Shown here: positions 31,673 through 43,400 of the stretch, in pieces | How positions within the stretch are numbered: the stretch's first letter is position 1 | How the letters are laid out: every line of letters starts with the position of its first letter | Translations under genes and position numbers: made by a program | DNA from: Mayamaea pseudoterrestris | Taxonomy: Eukaryota | NCBI GenBank assembly: GCA_027923505.1 | Contig: BROI01000023.1 | Location: 186,001 to 250,000, forward strand | Direction: 5' to 3' | DNA: 64,000 nucleotides | The notes under the pieces: generated by a model | What the model was told of the DNA's origin: nothing | Seen by the model: only the letters and a program-made list of their open reading frames with translations | Database searches by the model: none

Positions 31673-34552
31673 TCACTCTTGATCGTCAAATGAAAGCAAT
31701 TGGCCGACTCGTCCTTCTTTTTCAAGTAGAGTAGAACCCAATTCGCCTAACAAACCCTTGCCACCGTCAACAGTCGCTTCAGTTTCTTGTTCATCGTCGA
31801 CGATACGTTCTGCAAGAGCCTTGACATCCTTTGGTACAGTACCTGCACGACGAGTCCTTATTTTGGAACCAAAAATTTCCGCCGACGCTGCTGTTGGAAC
31901 CATGGCGTTTGAATTGAAAATATTTTTGGCTCGTTTATTTAGCGCCGCAAGGCCATCAAGATTGAAGACCTGCGCTTCCAGCTCTGCAAGTGAGTGATAT
32001 AGCGGTGCATGCATGGGATCAACCTCCAAACCTTTCTCATACACCTGGCGAGCATCATTTACGTTTCCTCGTCGCATCATCAGCTCTCCCAAAGCACAGT
32101 AAAGTTCGGGCGTGTCCGGAGCACACTCGATCCCTCGACGCAGCAATAAACTAGCAAGTCCATCGTTCCCCATTTGATCTTCAATTTTGGAATAAATTAG
32201 CCATCCCGATCCATTTCTTTTGTCGCGAGTGAGTGCTTTGGATATTAAAGCTTTCGCCTGCACAAAGTTTCCTTCTCGAAATTCCATGAACGCCCAACTC
32301 TGGTACAAAGGAATATGATTAGGCGCCTTTTGAGTGCCAGTATCAAATAATGCCCGAGCTGACTCTACATTGCCAAGCCGACTCTCCATTGTAGCATATG
32401 CTTGCCACAAAGCTCCGTGTCGAGGAGCATTCTTGATTCCACTTTCAAAAAGGGTCTTGGCATTCTCAATGTTTCCTGCTCTCATCTCCATGACCCCCCA
32501 CGCTTGCCACGCTTGAGCATGCTTGGCGTCGTTGAGCACTGACAATTCAAACAAACTTCGCGCCTTCTCCTGTCGTCCTAGCATGACTTCACTCAATGCC
32601 GCACCGAGCAGCAATTGAGACGAATTCCCGTATCTAGAAATACCATCTTGAAAGACGTCCAATGCATCAGAAGGAAGGTTGCGATTTAGTTCTAGCATTC
32701 CGAGGGTATGCACTATAAAAATGGCTCGCTCGCGATGTACGTAATCCTTGCCAGCATCTTGACGCTTCACCTCTTCTCTGCCTCGCAGCAGTAGCGTTCT
32801 AGCTTGATCAACATTTCCCAACCATAGCTCCAGCATGGCATATCCATGAAAAATTGATGCTGCATCAGGGCAGTTTGCGACAACCCCTCGTTGGAATATT
32901 GCTCGTGCCTTGTCTGCATCGCCCACCTTCTGGAAAACAGTTCTTGCGTATGCATTGTAAGCTGGTCCATGGCGAGGATCGATTAGCAACGCTTCCTCAA
33001 ATAGCCCGAGCGCCTTTGTAAGGTTGTTCTCGTCGGACTCTGGATGTCGTAATTCCAGCAAGGCGTAGGCGACAATCGTTGGTGCCGACGGCTCGATTCG
33101 CAAGCTTGCTGCGTACAGCTCCCTCGCTCCAGTGTAGTTGCGCATTCGCTCTTCAATTTTCCCAGCCGCCTGCAGCAAGGAATGGTCATTTGGATACTGC
33201 TCAAGTCCCTGCCGCAAAATAGTTCGTGCTGCCCCAAATTTCCGTTGCTTGACTTCAATGTTAGCCCACGCATTGTACACGCGCCCATCAACTGCTTGCA
33301 CTGTTCCATTTTCATGATTGGCGACACAGGCACTTGCCAACGTTTTAAGCGTCGCTTGCTGTTTGGCATCCTCGGAGACCTTACCTCCACGTTGCATTCG
33401 CTTTCGACCTTCAAACCGCGCTAGTGCTACCTTGGCGACGCTGCTCGTCGGACTCGTATCAACTGCCATATGCAGCAGCTCCTCCGCTCGTGTATCATTG
33501 TGATAGTATCGCTCCTCCAACCAACTTGCCGCCAAGTATATTTCCATGCGCTCACGCTCGTCCTTGGCCTTCGAAGCATGGCTGGCGTACAATGTTCGAG
33601 CCGATGCGTAATCGCAACGAGCAATCAATACTTCGGCGAGTGAACAAACCAAAGCAGCGGTGCTCGTTTTGGTCAAGGCGCGCTCCCAAAGTTCCATGGC
33701 TTTGATTGCTGTCGGAATGACTGCTGTAGCAGTTGTAGGTGCATCCACATTTACAGTTTGATTGCTCGACAAGATACTTGACTGCTGCTGGTGCTGCTGC
33801 TTCTCCAGCTTTTTCGATTCCTGCATGAGCATTAATCCATACGCATGGCAAACATAAGGGTTGAAAGGATCAATCTGCAGCGCCCGCTCATACAATTCGC
33901 TCGCTTGATTCACTTGATTCTGCGATTGCATGTAATGCGCATAGGCATGCCACAAGTGAATCGAGTTTGGACACGCTTTGGTGCCATTGACAAAGGCTTG
34001 CACAGCTCGCTCTGGCTTGGTTGGACCTGCTCTTCTGGCTTCTAGTCGCGCCAGTGCCAAGTGGGAGTGCGCGTCGGCTGGATCAAGTTGTAAAATGTCT
34101 GTAAGCAAGCCCGTGGCCTTGCGCCACTCGCCCTTGCGCTCCAAGTCCTTGGCGCGCTGAAATAGTTGACGAATAGTATACTTCTTGGTGTCTCTGTTGC
34201 TTCGACGAGTATATGAATATTGCTGTTTCTTATTGTACTTGTTGTTGTTAAGTTGCGGAGTATTGGTAGCTCCTGTTGCGGTCGGCTTGCTCAAAGATCC
34301 GACGGCGAGGGCTGTGGATGATATTATGGAGTTTTGTTCGATACGAAGATTTTCTGGAGATGGTTTGAAAGACCGTCGTCGTCGATACGTTTGGTCAAAA
34401 GTTGGTGTATATACAAAGGCAGTGGATTGATAGAGTAAAAGACAGGACATCAGTGCTAGTATTGATTGTCGCTGGAGATTCCCTCGTAATTGATGTGTAT
34501 TAGCTGTCATATTGCGGCAAGATCTCTTCCGTCGTTCTCCATTTTGATGCAT
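31673..34552 (-). CDS. HAT/TPR-repeat plastid RNA maturation factor, HCF107/Mbb1-like
   Basis: Many HAT repeats (AWQAWGVMEMRAGN..AK.LFE.G; LWQAYATMESRLGN..AR.LF); signal-like LMSCLLLYQSTAF; true start may be a downstream ATG. Confidence 0.8.
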   Translation of the reverse strand: MHQNGERRKRSCRNMTANTHQLRGNLQRQSILALMSCLLLYQSTAFVYTPTFDQTYRRRRSFKPSPENLRIEQNSIISSTALAVGSLSKPTATGATNTPQLNNNKYNKKQQYSYTRRSNRDTKKYTIRQLFQRAKDLERKGEWRKATGLLTDILQLDPADAHSHLALARLEARRAGPTKPERAVQAFVNGTKACPNSIHLWHAYAHYMQSQNQVNQASELYERALQIDPFNPYVCHAYGLMLMQESKKLEKQQHQQQSSILSSNQTVNVDAPTTATAVIPTAIKAMELWERALTKTSTAALVCSLAEVLIARCDYASARTLYASHASKAKDERERMEIYLAASWLEERYYHNDTRAEELLHMAVDTSPTSSVAKVALARFEGRKRMQRGGKVSEDAKQQATLKTLASACVANHENGTVQAVDGRVYNAWANIEVKQRKFGAARTILRQGLEQYPNDHSLLQAAGKIEERMRNYTGARELYAASLRIEPSAPTIVAYALLELRHPESDENNLTKALGLFEEALLIDPRHGPAYNAYARTVFQKVGDADKARAIFQRGVVANCPDAASIFHGYAMLELWLGNVDQARTLLLRGREEVKRQDAGKDYVHRERAIFIVHTLGMLELNRNLPSDALDVFQDGISRYGNSSQLLLGAALSEVMLGRQEKARSLFELSVLNDAKHAQAWQAWGVMEMRAGNIENAKTLFESGIKNAPRHGALWQAYATMESRLGNVESARALFDTGTQKAPNHIPLYQSWAFMEFREGNFVQAKALISKALTRDKRNGSGWLIYSKIEDQMGNDGLASLLLRRGIECAPDTPELYCALGELMMRRGNVNDARQVYEKGLEVDPMHAPLYHSLAELEAQVFNLDGLAALNKRAKNIFNSNAMVPTAASAEIFGSKIRTRRAGTVPKDVKALAERIVDDEQETEATVDGGKGLLGELGSTLLEKEGRVGQLLSFDDQE

Positions 34553-34880
34553 GACTGGCCAAAGCTACGGTAGTGAGGTTAGCAGTAGAGAGGGGTAGAG
34601 TATCGTCGACAGCAAAAGGATATGCAGGCAGAACGACGGAACATCCATGGTGATGAGATGGCTGCGAGGAACAATCGTTCGTCAGTTACTCTGGAGCGCT
34701 CGATATAAAGTGTCGCACTGCTCCTCAGAAACGCCAAGGGAGGACTTTTTAGCACCTCTGCGACGTCACCATGGAGGCTCCGCATCCGCTCGTGCATCGG
34801 CAAACCGCCTCGACTCGTCGTCGCATCTTGCTGCACTGAGTATTCGAAACGGAGGCTCACCAAAAATTACAGTTTATACA

Positions 34881-35308
34881 ATGGTAGGTGATGTAATAAT
34901 GGAGGTTCATTTATAAGTCGAAAAGTATGGGGAGCGCGCAAGTCTGTCGGATGACAACGTGACGGAACGAATAGAATGCTGCAAGTTGCAAGTCGATTGG
35001 CCTCTCTACAAACTTCCTTTTGCAACAAGTATTTTCTGATATATTATGTATAGTTACAATTCATCTCAACCGTTCTCATACATTGTTTCCTCACTCTCCA
35101 GGCTGACGACGAAGTCAAGGACCCAACGCCGGCGATTCGCGCCTCGTGCATATCGTCTTGCCCCAAGCCGAAGAAGCTTTACGATGCTTGCGTTCAACGT
35201 ATCACCGATAGCAAGGAGGGAGACTGCGAAATTTGGTACATTGAACTAATTCAGTGCATGGACAAGTGCGTAGCGCCCAAGCTTTTTGCTGCTACCAAGG
35301 GTGGATAG
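34881..35308 (+). CDS. QCR6: Cytochrome bc1 hinge subunit (QCR6/UQCRH); coding exons 34881-34883 and 35102-35308
   Basis: Not in the ORF track. ATG|GTAGGT...CTCCAG|GCT gives MADDEVKDPTPAIRASCISSCPKPKKLYDACVQRITDSKEGDCEIWYIELIQCMDKCVAPKLFAATKGG*. Confidence 0.85.
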
Positions 35309-35433
35309 AAACATAAGCTACTGTAGTGAAAATGTTTCAGTTACATAACTCTTTCGTCATTTACGACAATCAGTTCAATCTTCTCCCTCAGCTTTATTAA
35401 CATTAGTGAATATGACATTAGCAAACTACCGCA

Positions 35434-37432
35434 CTAAAACTCATCGCCTTCGTCATCCTCGTCTACTTGCTTCTTTCGCACTCGTCGCCGGCCATGTTCT
35501 TCGCCATTGTGAATGGCGCCTCGTACATGCTCGTGGCGAAGCAGCGTCGTTGGATGGTCTTGTCCATTATCACTGCCAGAAGCATCCTTGTCATTCTCCT
35601 TTGCATCTTCACGGTCATACTTGCAGCAGCTGCATCGCTCCAACACGTCTTGATAAAACGCTACTTCTGCATCCAGTTGCGCCACGAGCTGATTCTTTTG
35701 ATCCACTTCGTCGTACAACTCCTTGGCTTGGCGCTGCCATTCTTCGCTCATTCGATGATACTCTTCCGCGGAAGGACACTTGGGAACGAGTGGATGCGTA
35801 AAGCCGTAGACCCCAACCATGACGTGATCGCACTCGTTGGCATACCAAAAGGTTACTTCCTGGCCCTTGAGAAACGAACAGGATGCAATGATTTCAAACG
35901 TATGTGTCGCCTCGTCGTAGCGTCCACGAGTACAGGGTGGTCCAAAGTTGAGCATATCTGCAACTGGTGCCATGAAAGAATGAAGCAAGGTGCGATTGGT
36001 TGCTTCGTTTGGCGTTGCCGCGCCTTGCACCCAGTGATCCGTCGGCATGTCGGCTGGAGGTGGTAGCAATGGATCATCGCCGCCCTCGACTGCCACACTA
36101 TCGCGTCGAGGATTTGGATGCTGTAACAAGTGGCCCGCAGTCAAGTCGGGAATTGGTAGCTGCCAGTGTCGCGAGTTGACAATGGCAAATGCCCATTGAA
36201 AGTGCTCCAATGAAAACATCCATTCATCGGCAATGGGAAGTTCCTCAGCCCCGGCATCATCCAATGGTGCTTCGTCGACTATAGAAGTACGATTACCAAA
36301 TATATCTGGGTGCTCGTCGATCAAGACTTGCACCACGGTAGTGTACATGTCGCGAACGTCTCGCTTGATGCCTCGCGCTACCGCTCGAATTCCTTCCGAC
36401 GTCTCGGCTCTTAACTTGGCGTTGGACCATAAAAAGGGAAAGCTATCAACTGGAGTTCGCTCCAGTATGCGAAAATAGGGTGACAGCGGCGATCCAAAAC
36501 CAAGCTTCTTGTGGTGAAGCAACGCTATTGCCAGCAATGGAATCTCCAAGACAAAACTGTCGGTGGCAGCCGATGCATCATCGTCATTCGCAGTAGCAGC
36601 TGCGCCACTATCCCATCCATGTTTTCGTCTGGCTTCCGGTCCCATGACTCGACTAAGAACTGGATCATTGTCAATGGTTGTGGCGACGCTGAAAAGCGCC
36701 TGCATTGGTATTCGAATAATTGTTTCACCCTCTTGAATGTTTCGCGTCGCTGCCAAACCACGGACTGGAATGGTCGGAAAACTTTCAACGGGAGGAGCCT
36801 GAATATCGACATTGTCGTCATCAGCGTCGCCCCAATCTTCTGTTGGCAAAGCTTTCATGTTGTCTGGGTATTCAAACACTTGAATCTCCAAGATCGTTTG
36901 AATGCCCAGCACTTGCTTGCACCAATCCATAAAGTCTCGATGCATGCGCTTCTCCGCAGCCGAGATTGGATAGAGACCTGCAGCTCTATTGTTCGCAGTC
37001 TTTGTGAGAGTGGAAGCAACTGGAAGAGCGTCTACAAGTTGCGGTGAAGGGCTTGCTGCTGCTGCTGCTGCAGCAGTGACGTCCGCTCGAGTCGACGTAG
37101 GAGCCTTGACGCGTTTTGAATCAAAAGTCTTTTGTTTCTGCTTTGCCTTTTCCTTATCTGATTTTAACGCATTGTCGATATTAGGATACACATTTGGAAG
37201 AGATACCGGTACATTGTCTGCCGAGTGAACTGTCGATTGCAGCGTCAAGAAGGCGGAACAAAGAAATAGAATGGCTTGGGCGACGCTGAATCGGCGATAT
37301 CGGATAGAGAAAAACGTCCGCGCTTGTCGCAATGCTCCATTTAGTCCTGACTGTTCCCTCATGTCTACTTCACGTTCAAACGTCCTGAACATGCATAAGC
37401 AAACCGACCAACTATGCGGCAGAAGTACCATG
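35434..37432 (-). CDS. SET-domain protein (Rubisco LSMT/SETD3-like lysine methyltransferase family)
   Basis: RGLAATRNIQEGETIIRIP, FQWAFAIVNSR, MAPVADMLN, GQEVTFWY...YGF; N-terminal hydrophobic segment; start codon uncertain (37432, 37393 or 37363). Confidence 0.8.
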
Positions 37433-37469
37433 GCGAGGCAGAGGTTCCGCAGCGTCAATACCGGTAGGA

Positions 37470-40400
37470 CTCAGCCAGCAGATGCCGTGAGATGCCGTGA
37501 CATTCAATTGCCCAAATAACATGCCATGTATATGCCCAAAGCACACCAGAATGGTGGCAGCTTCATTATTCAGTCTGTGCTACAAGAGGAAATGCCTGGC
37601 TGGTGTCTCAGGGGATGGCAATGTATTTGGTGACAACTTGTCACCAGTCTCAGCCCACAGATGCCGTGACATTCAAACGCCCCTACAGCAAGCCCTGTAG
37701 GTGCCCCAATTACACCAGAATGGTGCCAACATCATTATTCAGGCTGCGCTACAAGATGGTAGGCTTGGCTGGTGTCTCAGGGGATGGCAATGTATTTGGT
37801 GACAACTTGTTACCAGTCTCAGCCCGCCGATGCTGTCACATTTAAACGCCCCCACAGCAAGCCCTGTAGGTGCCCAAATCACACCAGAATGGTGCCAACA
37901 TCATTATTCCGGCTGCGCTACAAGATGGTAGGCTTGGCTGGTGTCTCAGGGGATGGCAATGTATTTGGTGACAACTTGTCACCAGTCTTAGCCCGCAGAT
38001 GCCGTGACATTCAAACGCCCCTAAAGCAAGCCCTGTAGGTTTCCAAATTACACCAGAATGGTGCCAACATCATTATTTAGGCTGCGCTACAAGATGGTAG
38101 GCTTGGCTGGTGTCTCAGGGAATGGCAATGTATTTGGTGACAACTTGTCACAAGTCTCAGCCAACAGATGCCCTGACATTCAAACGCCCCTACAGCAAAC
38201 CCTGTAGGTGCCCAAATTACACCAGAGTGGTACCAACATCATTATTTAGGCTGCGCTACAAGATGGTAGGCTTGGCTGGTGTCTCAGGGGATGGCAATGT
38301 ATTTGGTGACAACTTGTCACCAGTCTCAGCCCGCAGATGCCGTGATATTCAATTGCCCAAATAACATGCCATGTATATGCCCAAAGCACACCAGAATGGT
38401 GCCAACATCATTATGCATATTGCGCTACAAGATGGGTTGCTTGGCTGGTGTCTCAGGGGATGGCAATGTATTTGGTGACAACTTGTCACCAGTCTCAGCC
38501 CGCAGATGCCGTGACATTCAAACGCCCCTACAGCAAGCCCTGTAGGTGCCCAAATTACACCAGAATGGTGCCACCATCATTATTGAGGCTGTGCTACAAG
38601 ATGGTAGTCTTTGCTGGTGTCTCAGGGGATGCCAATGTATTTGGTGACAACTTGTCACCAGTCTCAGCCTGCAGATGCCGTGACATTCAAATGCCCCTAA
38701 AGCAAGCCCTGTAGGTTTCCAAATTACACCAGAATGATGCCAACATCATTGATCTAGCTGCGCTAAAAGATGGTATGCTTGGCTGGTGTCTCAGGGGATG
38801 GCATTGTATTTGGTGACAACTTGTCACCAGTCTCAGCCCACAGATGCCGTGACATTCAAATGCCCCTGCATCAAGCCCTGTAGGTGCCCAAATTACACCA
38901 GAATGGTGCCAACATTATTATTCCAGCTGCGCTACAAGATGTTAGGCTTGGCTGGTGTCTCAGGGGATGGCAATGTATTTGGTGACAACTTGTCACCAGT
39001 CTCAGCCCACAGATGCCGTGACATTCAAACGCCCTACAGCAAGCCCTGTAGGTGCCCAAATTACTCCAGAATGGTGCCAACATCATTTTTCCAGGTGCGC
39101 TACAAGATGGTAGGCTTGGCTGGTGTCTCAGGGGATGGCAATGTATTTGGTGACAACTTGTCACCAGTCTCAGCCCGCAGATGCCGTGACATTCAAACGC
39201 CCCTACAGCAAGCCCTGTAGGTGCCCAAATTACACCAGAATGGTGCCAACATCATTATTTAGGCTGCGCTACAAGATGGTAGGCTTGGCTGGTGTCTCAG
39301 GGGATGGCAATGTATTTGGTGACAACTTGTCACCAGTCTCAGCCCGCAGATGCCGTGACATTCAAATGCCCCTGCATCAAGCCCTGTAGGTGCCCAAATT
39401 ACACCAGAATGGTGCCAACATCATTATTCAGGCTGCGCTACAAAATGGTAGGCTTGGCTGGTGTCTCCGGTGATGGCAATGTATTTGGTGACAACTTGTC
39501 ACCAGTCTCAGCCCGCAGATGCCGTCACATTCAAACGCCCCTACAGCAAGCCCTGTAGGTGCCCCAATTACACCAGAATGGTGCCAACATCATTATTCAG
39601 GCTGCGCTACAAGATGGTAGGCTTGGCTGGTGTCTCAGGGGATGGCAATGTATTTGGTGACAACTTGTCACCAGTCTCAGCCCGCAGATGCCGTGACATT
39701 CAAACGCCCTACAGCAAGCCCTGTAGGTGCCCAAATTACACCAGAATGGTGCCAACATCATTATTCAGGTTGCGCTACAAGATGGTAGGCTTGGCTGGTG
39801 TCTAAGGGGATGGCAATGTATTTGATGACAACTTGTCACCAGTCTCAGCCCGCAGATGCCGTGACATTCAAACGCCCCTACAGCAAACCCTGTAGGTGCC
39901 CAAATTACACCAGAATGGTGCCAAAATCATTTTTTTTACTGCGCTACAAGATGGTAGGCTTGGCTGGTGTCTCAGGGGATGGCAATGTCTTTGGTGACAA
40001 CTTGTCACCAGTCTCAGCCCGCAGATGCCGTGACATTCAAACGCCCCTACAGCAAGCCATGTAGGTGCCCAAATTACACCAGAATGGTGCCAACATCATT
40101 TATCTAGCTGCGCTACATGATGGTAGGCTTGGCTGGTGTCTCAGAGGATGGCAATGTATTTGGTGACAACTTGTCACCAGTCTCAGCCCGCAGATGCCGT
40201 GACATTCAAACGCCCCCACAGCAAGCTCTGTAGGTGCCCAAATCACAACAGAATGGTGCCAACATCATTATTGAGGCTGTGCTACAAGATGGTAGGCTTG
40301 GCTGGTGTCTCAGGGGATGGCAATGTATTTGGTGACAACTTGTCACCAGTCTCAGCCCGCAGATGCTGTCACATTCAAACGCCCCTACAGCAAGCCCTGT

Positions 40401-43400
40401 AGGTGCCCAAATTACACCTGAATGGTGCCAACCCAACATCATTATTCATACTGCGCTACAAGATGGTAGGCTTGGCTGGTGTCTAAGGGGATGGCAATGT
40501 ATTTGGTGACAACTTGTCACCAGTCTCAGCCCGCAGATGCCATCACATTCAAATGCCCCTACAGCAAGCCCTGTTGGTGCCCAAATTACACAAGAATGGT
40601 GCCAACATCATCATTCAGGATGCGCTACAAGATGGTAGGCTTGGCTGGTGTCTCAGGGGATGGCAATGTATTTAGTGACAATTTGTCACCAGTCTCAGCC
40701 CGCAGATGCTGTCACTTTCTAACGCCCCTACAGCAAGCCCTGTAGGTGCCCAAATTATACCAGAATGGTGCCAACATCATTATATAGGCTGCGCTACAAG
40801 ATGGTATGCTTGGCTGGTGTCTCAGGGGATGGCAATGTATTTGGTGACAACTTGTCACCAGTCTCAGCCTGCAGATGCTGTCACATTCAAACGCTCCTAC
40901 AGCAAGCCCTGTAGGTTTCCAAATGACACCAGAATGGTGCCAACATGATTATTCATACTGCGCTATAAGATGGTAGGCTTGGCTGGTGTCTCAGGGGATG
41001 GCAATGTATTTGGTGACAACTTGTCACCAGTCTCAGCCCGCAGATGCCGTGACATTCAAACGCCACTACAGCAAGCCCTGTAGGTGCCCAAACTACACCA
41101 GATTGGTGCCCACATCATTGGGCATACTGCGCTACAAGATGGGATGCCTGGCTGGTGTCTCAGGGGATGGCAATGTATTTGGTGACAACTTGTCACCAGT
41201 CTCAGCCCGCAGATGCCGTGACATTCAAACGCCACTACAGCAAGCCCTGTAGGTGCCCAAATTACACCAGAATGGTGCCAACATCATTAATCAGGCTGAG
41301 CTACAAGATGGTATGCCTAGCTGGTGTCTCAGGGGATGGCAATGTATTTGGTGACAACTTGTCACCAGTCTCAGCCCGCCGATGCTGTCACATTCAAACG
41401 CCCCCACAGCAAGCCCTGTAGGTGCCCAAATCACACCAGAATGGTGCCAACATCATTATTCCGGCTGCGCTACAAGATGGTAGGCTTGGCTGGTGTCTCA
41501 GGGGATGGCAATGTATTTGGTGACAACTTGTCACCAGTCTCAGCCCACAGATGCCGTGACATTCAAACGCCCCTACAGCAAGCCATGTAGGTGCCCAGAT
41601 TACACCAGAATGGTGCCAACATCATTTATCTAGCTGCGCTACAAGATGGTATGCTTGGCTGGTGTCTCAGGGGATGGCAATGTATTTGGTGACAACTTGT
41701 CACCAGTCTCAGACCGCAGATGCCGTGACATTCAAACGCCCCTACAGCAAGCCCTGTAGGTGCCCAAATTACACCAGAATGGTGCCAACATCATTGGAAT
41801 AGGCTGCGCTACAAGATGGTAGGCTTGGCTGGTGTCTCAGGGGATGGCAATGTATTTGGTGACAACTTGTCACCAGTCTCAGCCTGCATGCCGTCACATT
41901 TAAACACCCCTACAGCAAGCCCTGTAGGTGACCAAATTACACCAGAATGGTGCCAATATCATTATGCCAGCTGCGGTACAAGTTGGTAGGCTTGGCTGGT
42001 GTCTCAGGGGATAGCAACGTATTTGGTGACAACTTGTCACCAGTCTCAGCCTGCAGATGCCGAGACGTTCAAACGCCCCTAAGCAAGCCCTGTAGGTGCC
42101 CCAATTACACCAGAATGGTGCCAACATCATTATTCAGGCTGCGCTACAAGATGGTATGCCTAGCTGGTGTCTTTGGGGATGGCAATGTGATTTATGACAG
42201 CTTGCCACCAATCTCAGCCAACAGATGCCATGACATTCAAATGCCCCTACAGCAAGCCCTGTAGGTGCCCAAATTACACCAAAATGGTGCCAACATCATT
42301 ATTCAGGTGTGCTACAAGATGGTAGGCTTTGCTGGTGTCTCAGCGGATGGCAATGTATTTGGTGACAACTTGTCACCAGTCTCAGCCCGCAAATGCCGTG
42401 ACATTCAAACACCCCTACAGCAAGCCCTGCAGGTTCCCAAATTACACCAGAATGGTGCCTTTATCATTATTCCGGCTGCGCTACAAGATGGTAGGCTTGG
42501 CTGGTGTCTCAGGGGATGGCAATGTATTTGGTGACAACTTGTCACCAGTCACAACCCGCAGATGCCGTGACATTCAAACACCCCTACAGCAAGCCCTGTA
42601 GGTGCCCAAATTACACCAAAATGGTGCCGACATCATTATTCATGCTGTGCTACAAGATAGATGGCTTTGCTGGTGTCTCAGGGGATGGCAATGTATTTGG
42701 TGACAACTTGTCACCAATCTCAGCCCACAGATGCTGTGACATTCAAACGCTCCTTCAGCAAGCCCTGTAGGTGCTCAAATTTCACCAGAATGGTGCCAAC
42801 ACCATTACAGTATTCCGACTGCGCCACAAGATGGTAGGCTTGGCTGGTATCTCAGTGGACGGCAATGTATTTGGTGACAACTTGTCACCAGTCTCAACCC
42901 ACAGATGCCGTGACATTCAAAACGCCCCTACAGCAAGCCCTGTAGGTGCTCAAATTACACCAAAATGGTTCCAACATCATTATTCATACTGCGCTACAAG
43001 ATGCTAGGCTTGGCTGGTGTCTTTGGGGATGGCAATGTATTTGGTGACAACTTGTCACCAGTCTCAGCCCACAGATGCCGTGACATTCAAACGCCCCTAC
43101 AGCAAGCCCGGTAGGTGCCCAAATTACACCAGAATGGTGCCAACATCATTATTCAGGCTGTGCTACAAGATGGGAGGCTTTGCTGGTGTCTCAGGGGATG
43201 GCAATGTATTTGATGACAACTTGTCACCAGTCTCAGCCCGCAGATGCCGAGACATTCAAACGCCCCTACAGCAAGCCCTGTAGGTGCCCAAATTACACCA
43301 GAATGGTGCCAACATCATTATTCAGGCTGCGCTACAAGATGGTATGCCTAGCTGGTGTCTTTGGGGATGGCAATGTATTTGGTGACAACTGGTCACCAGT

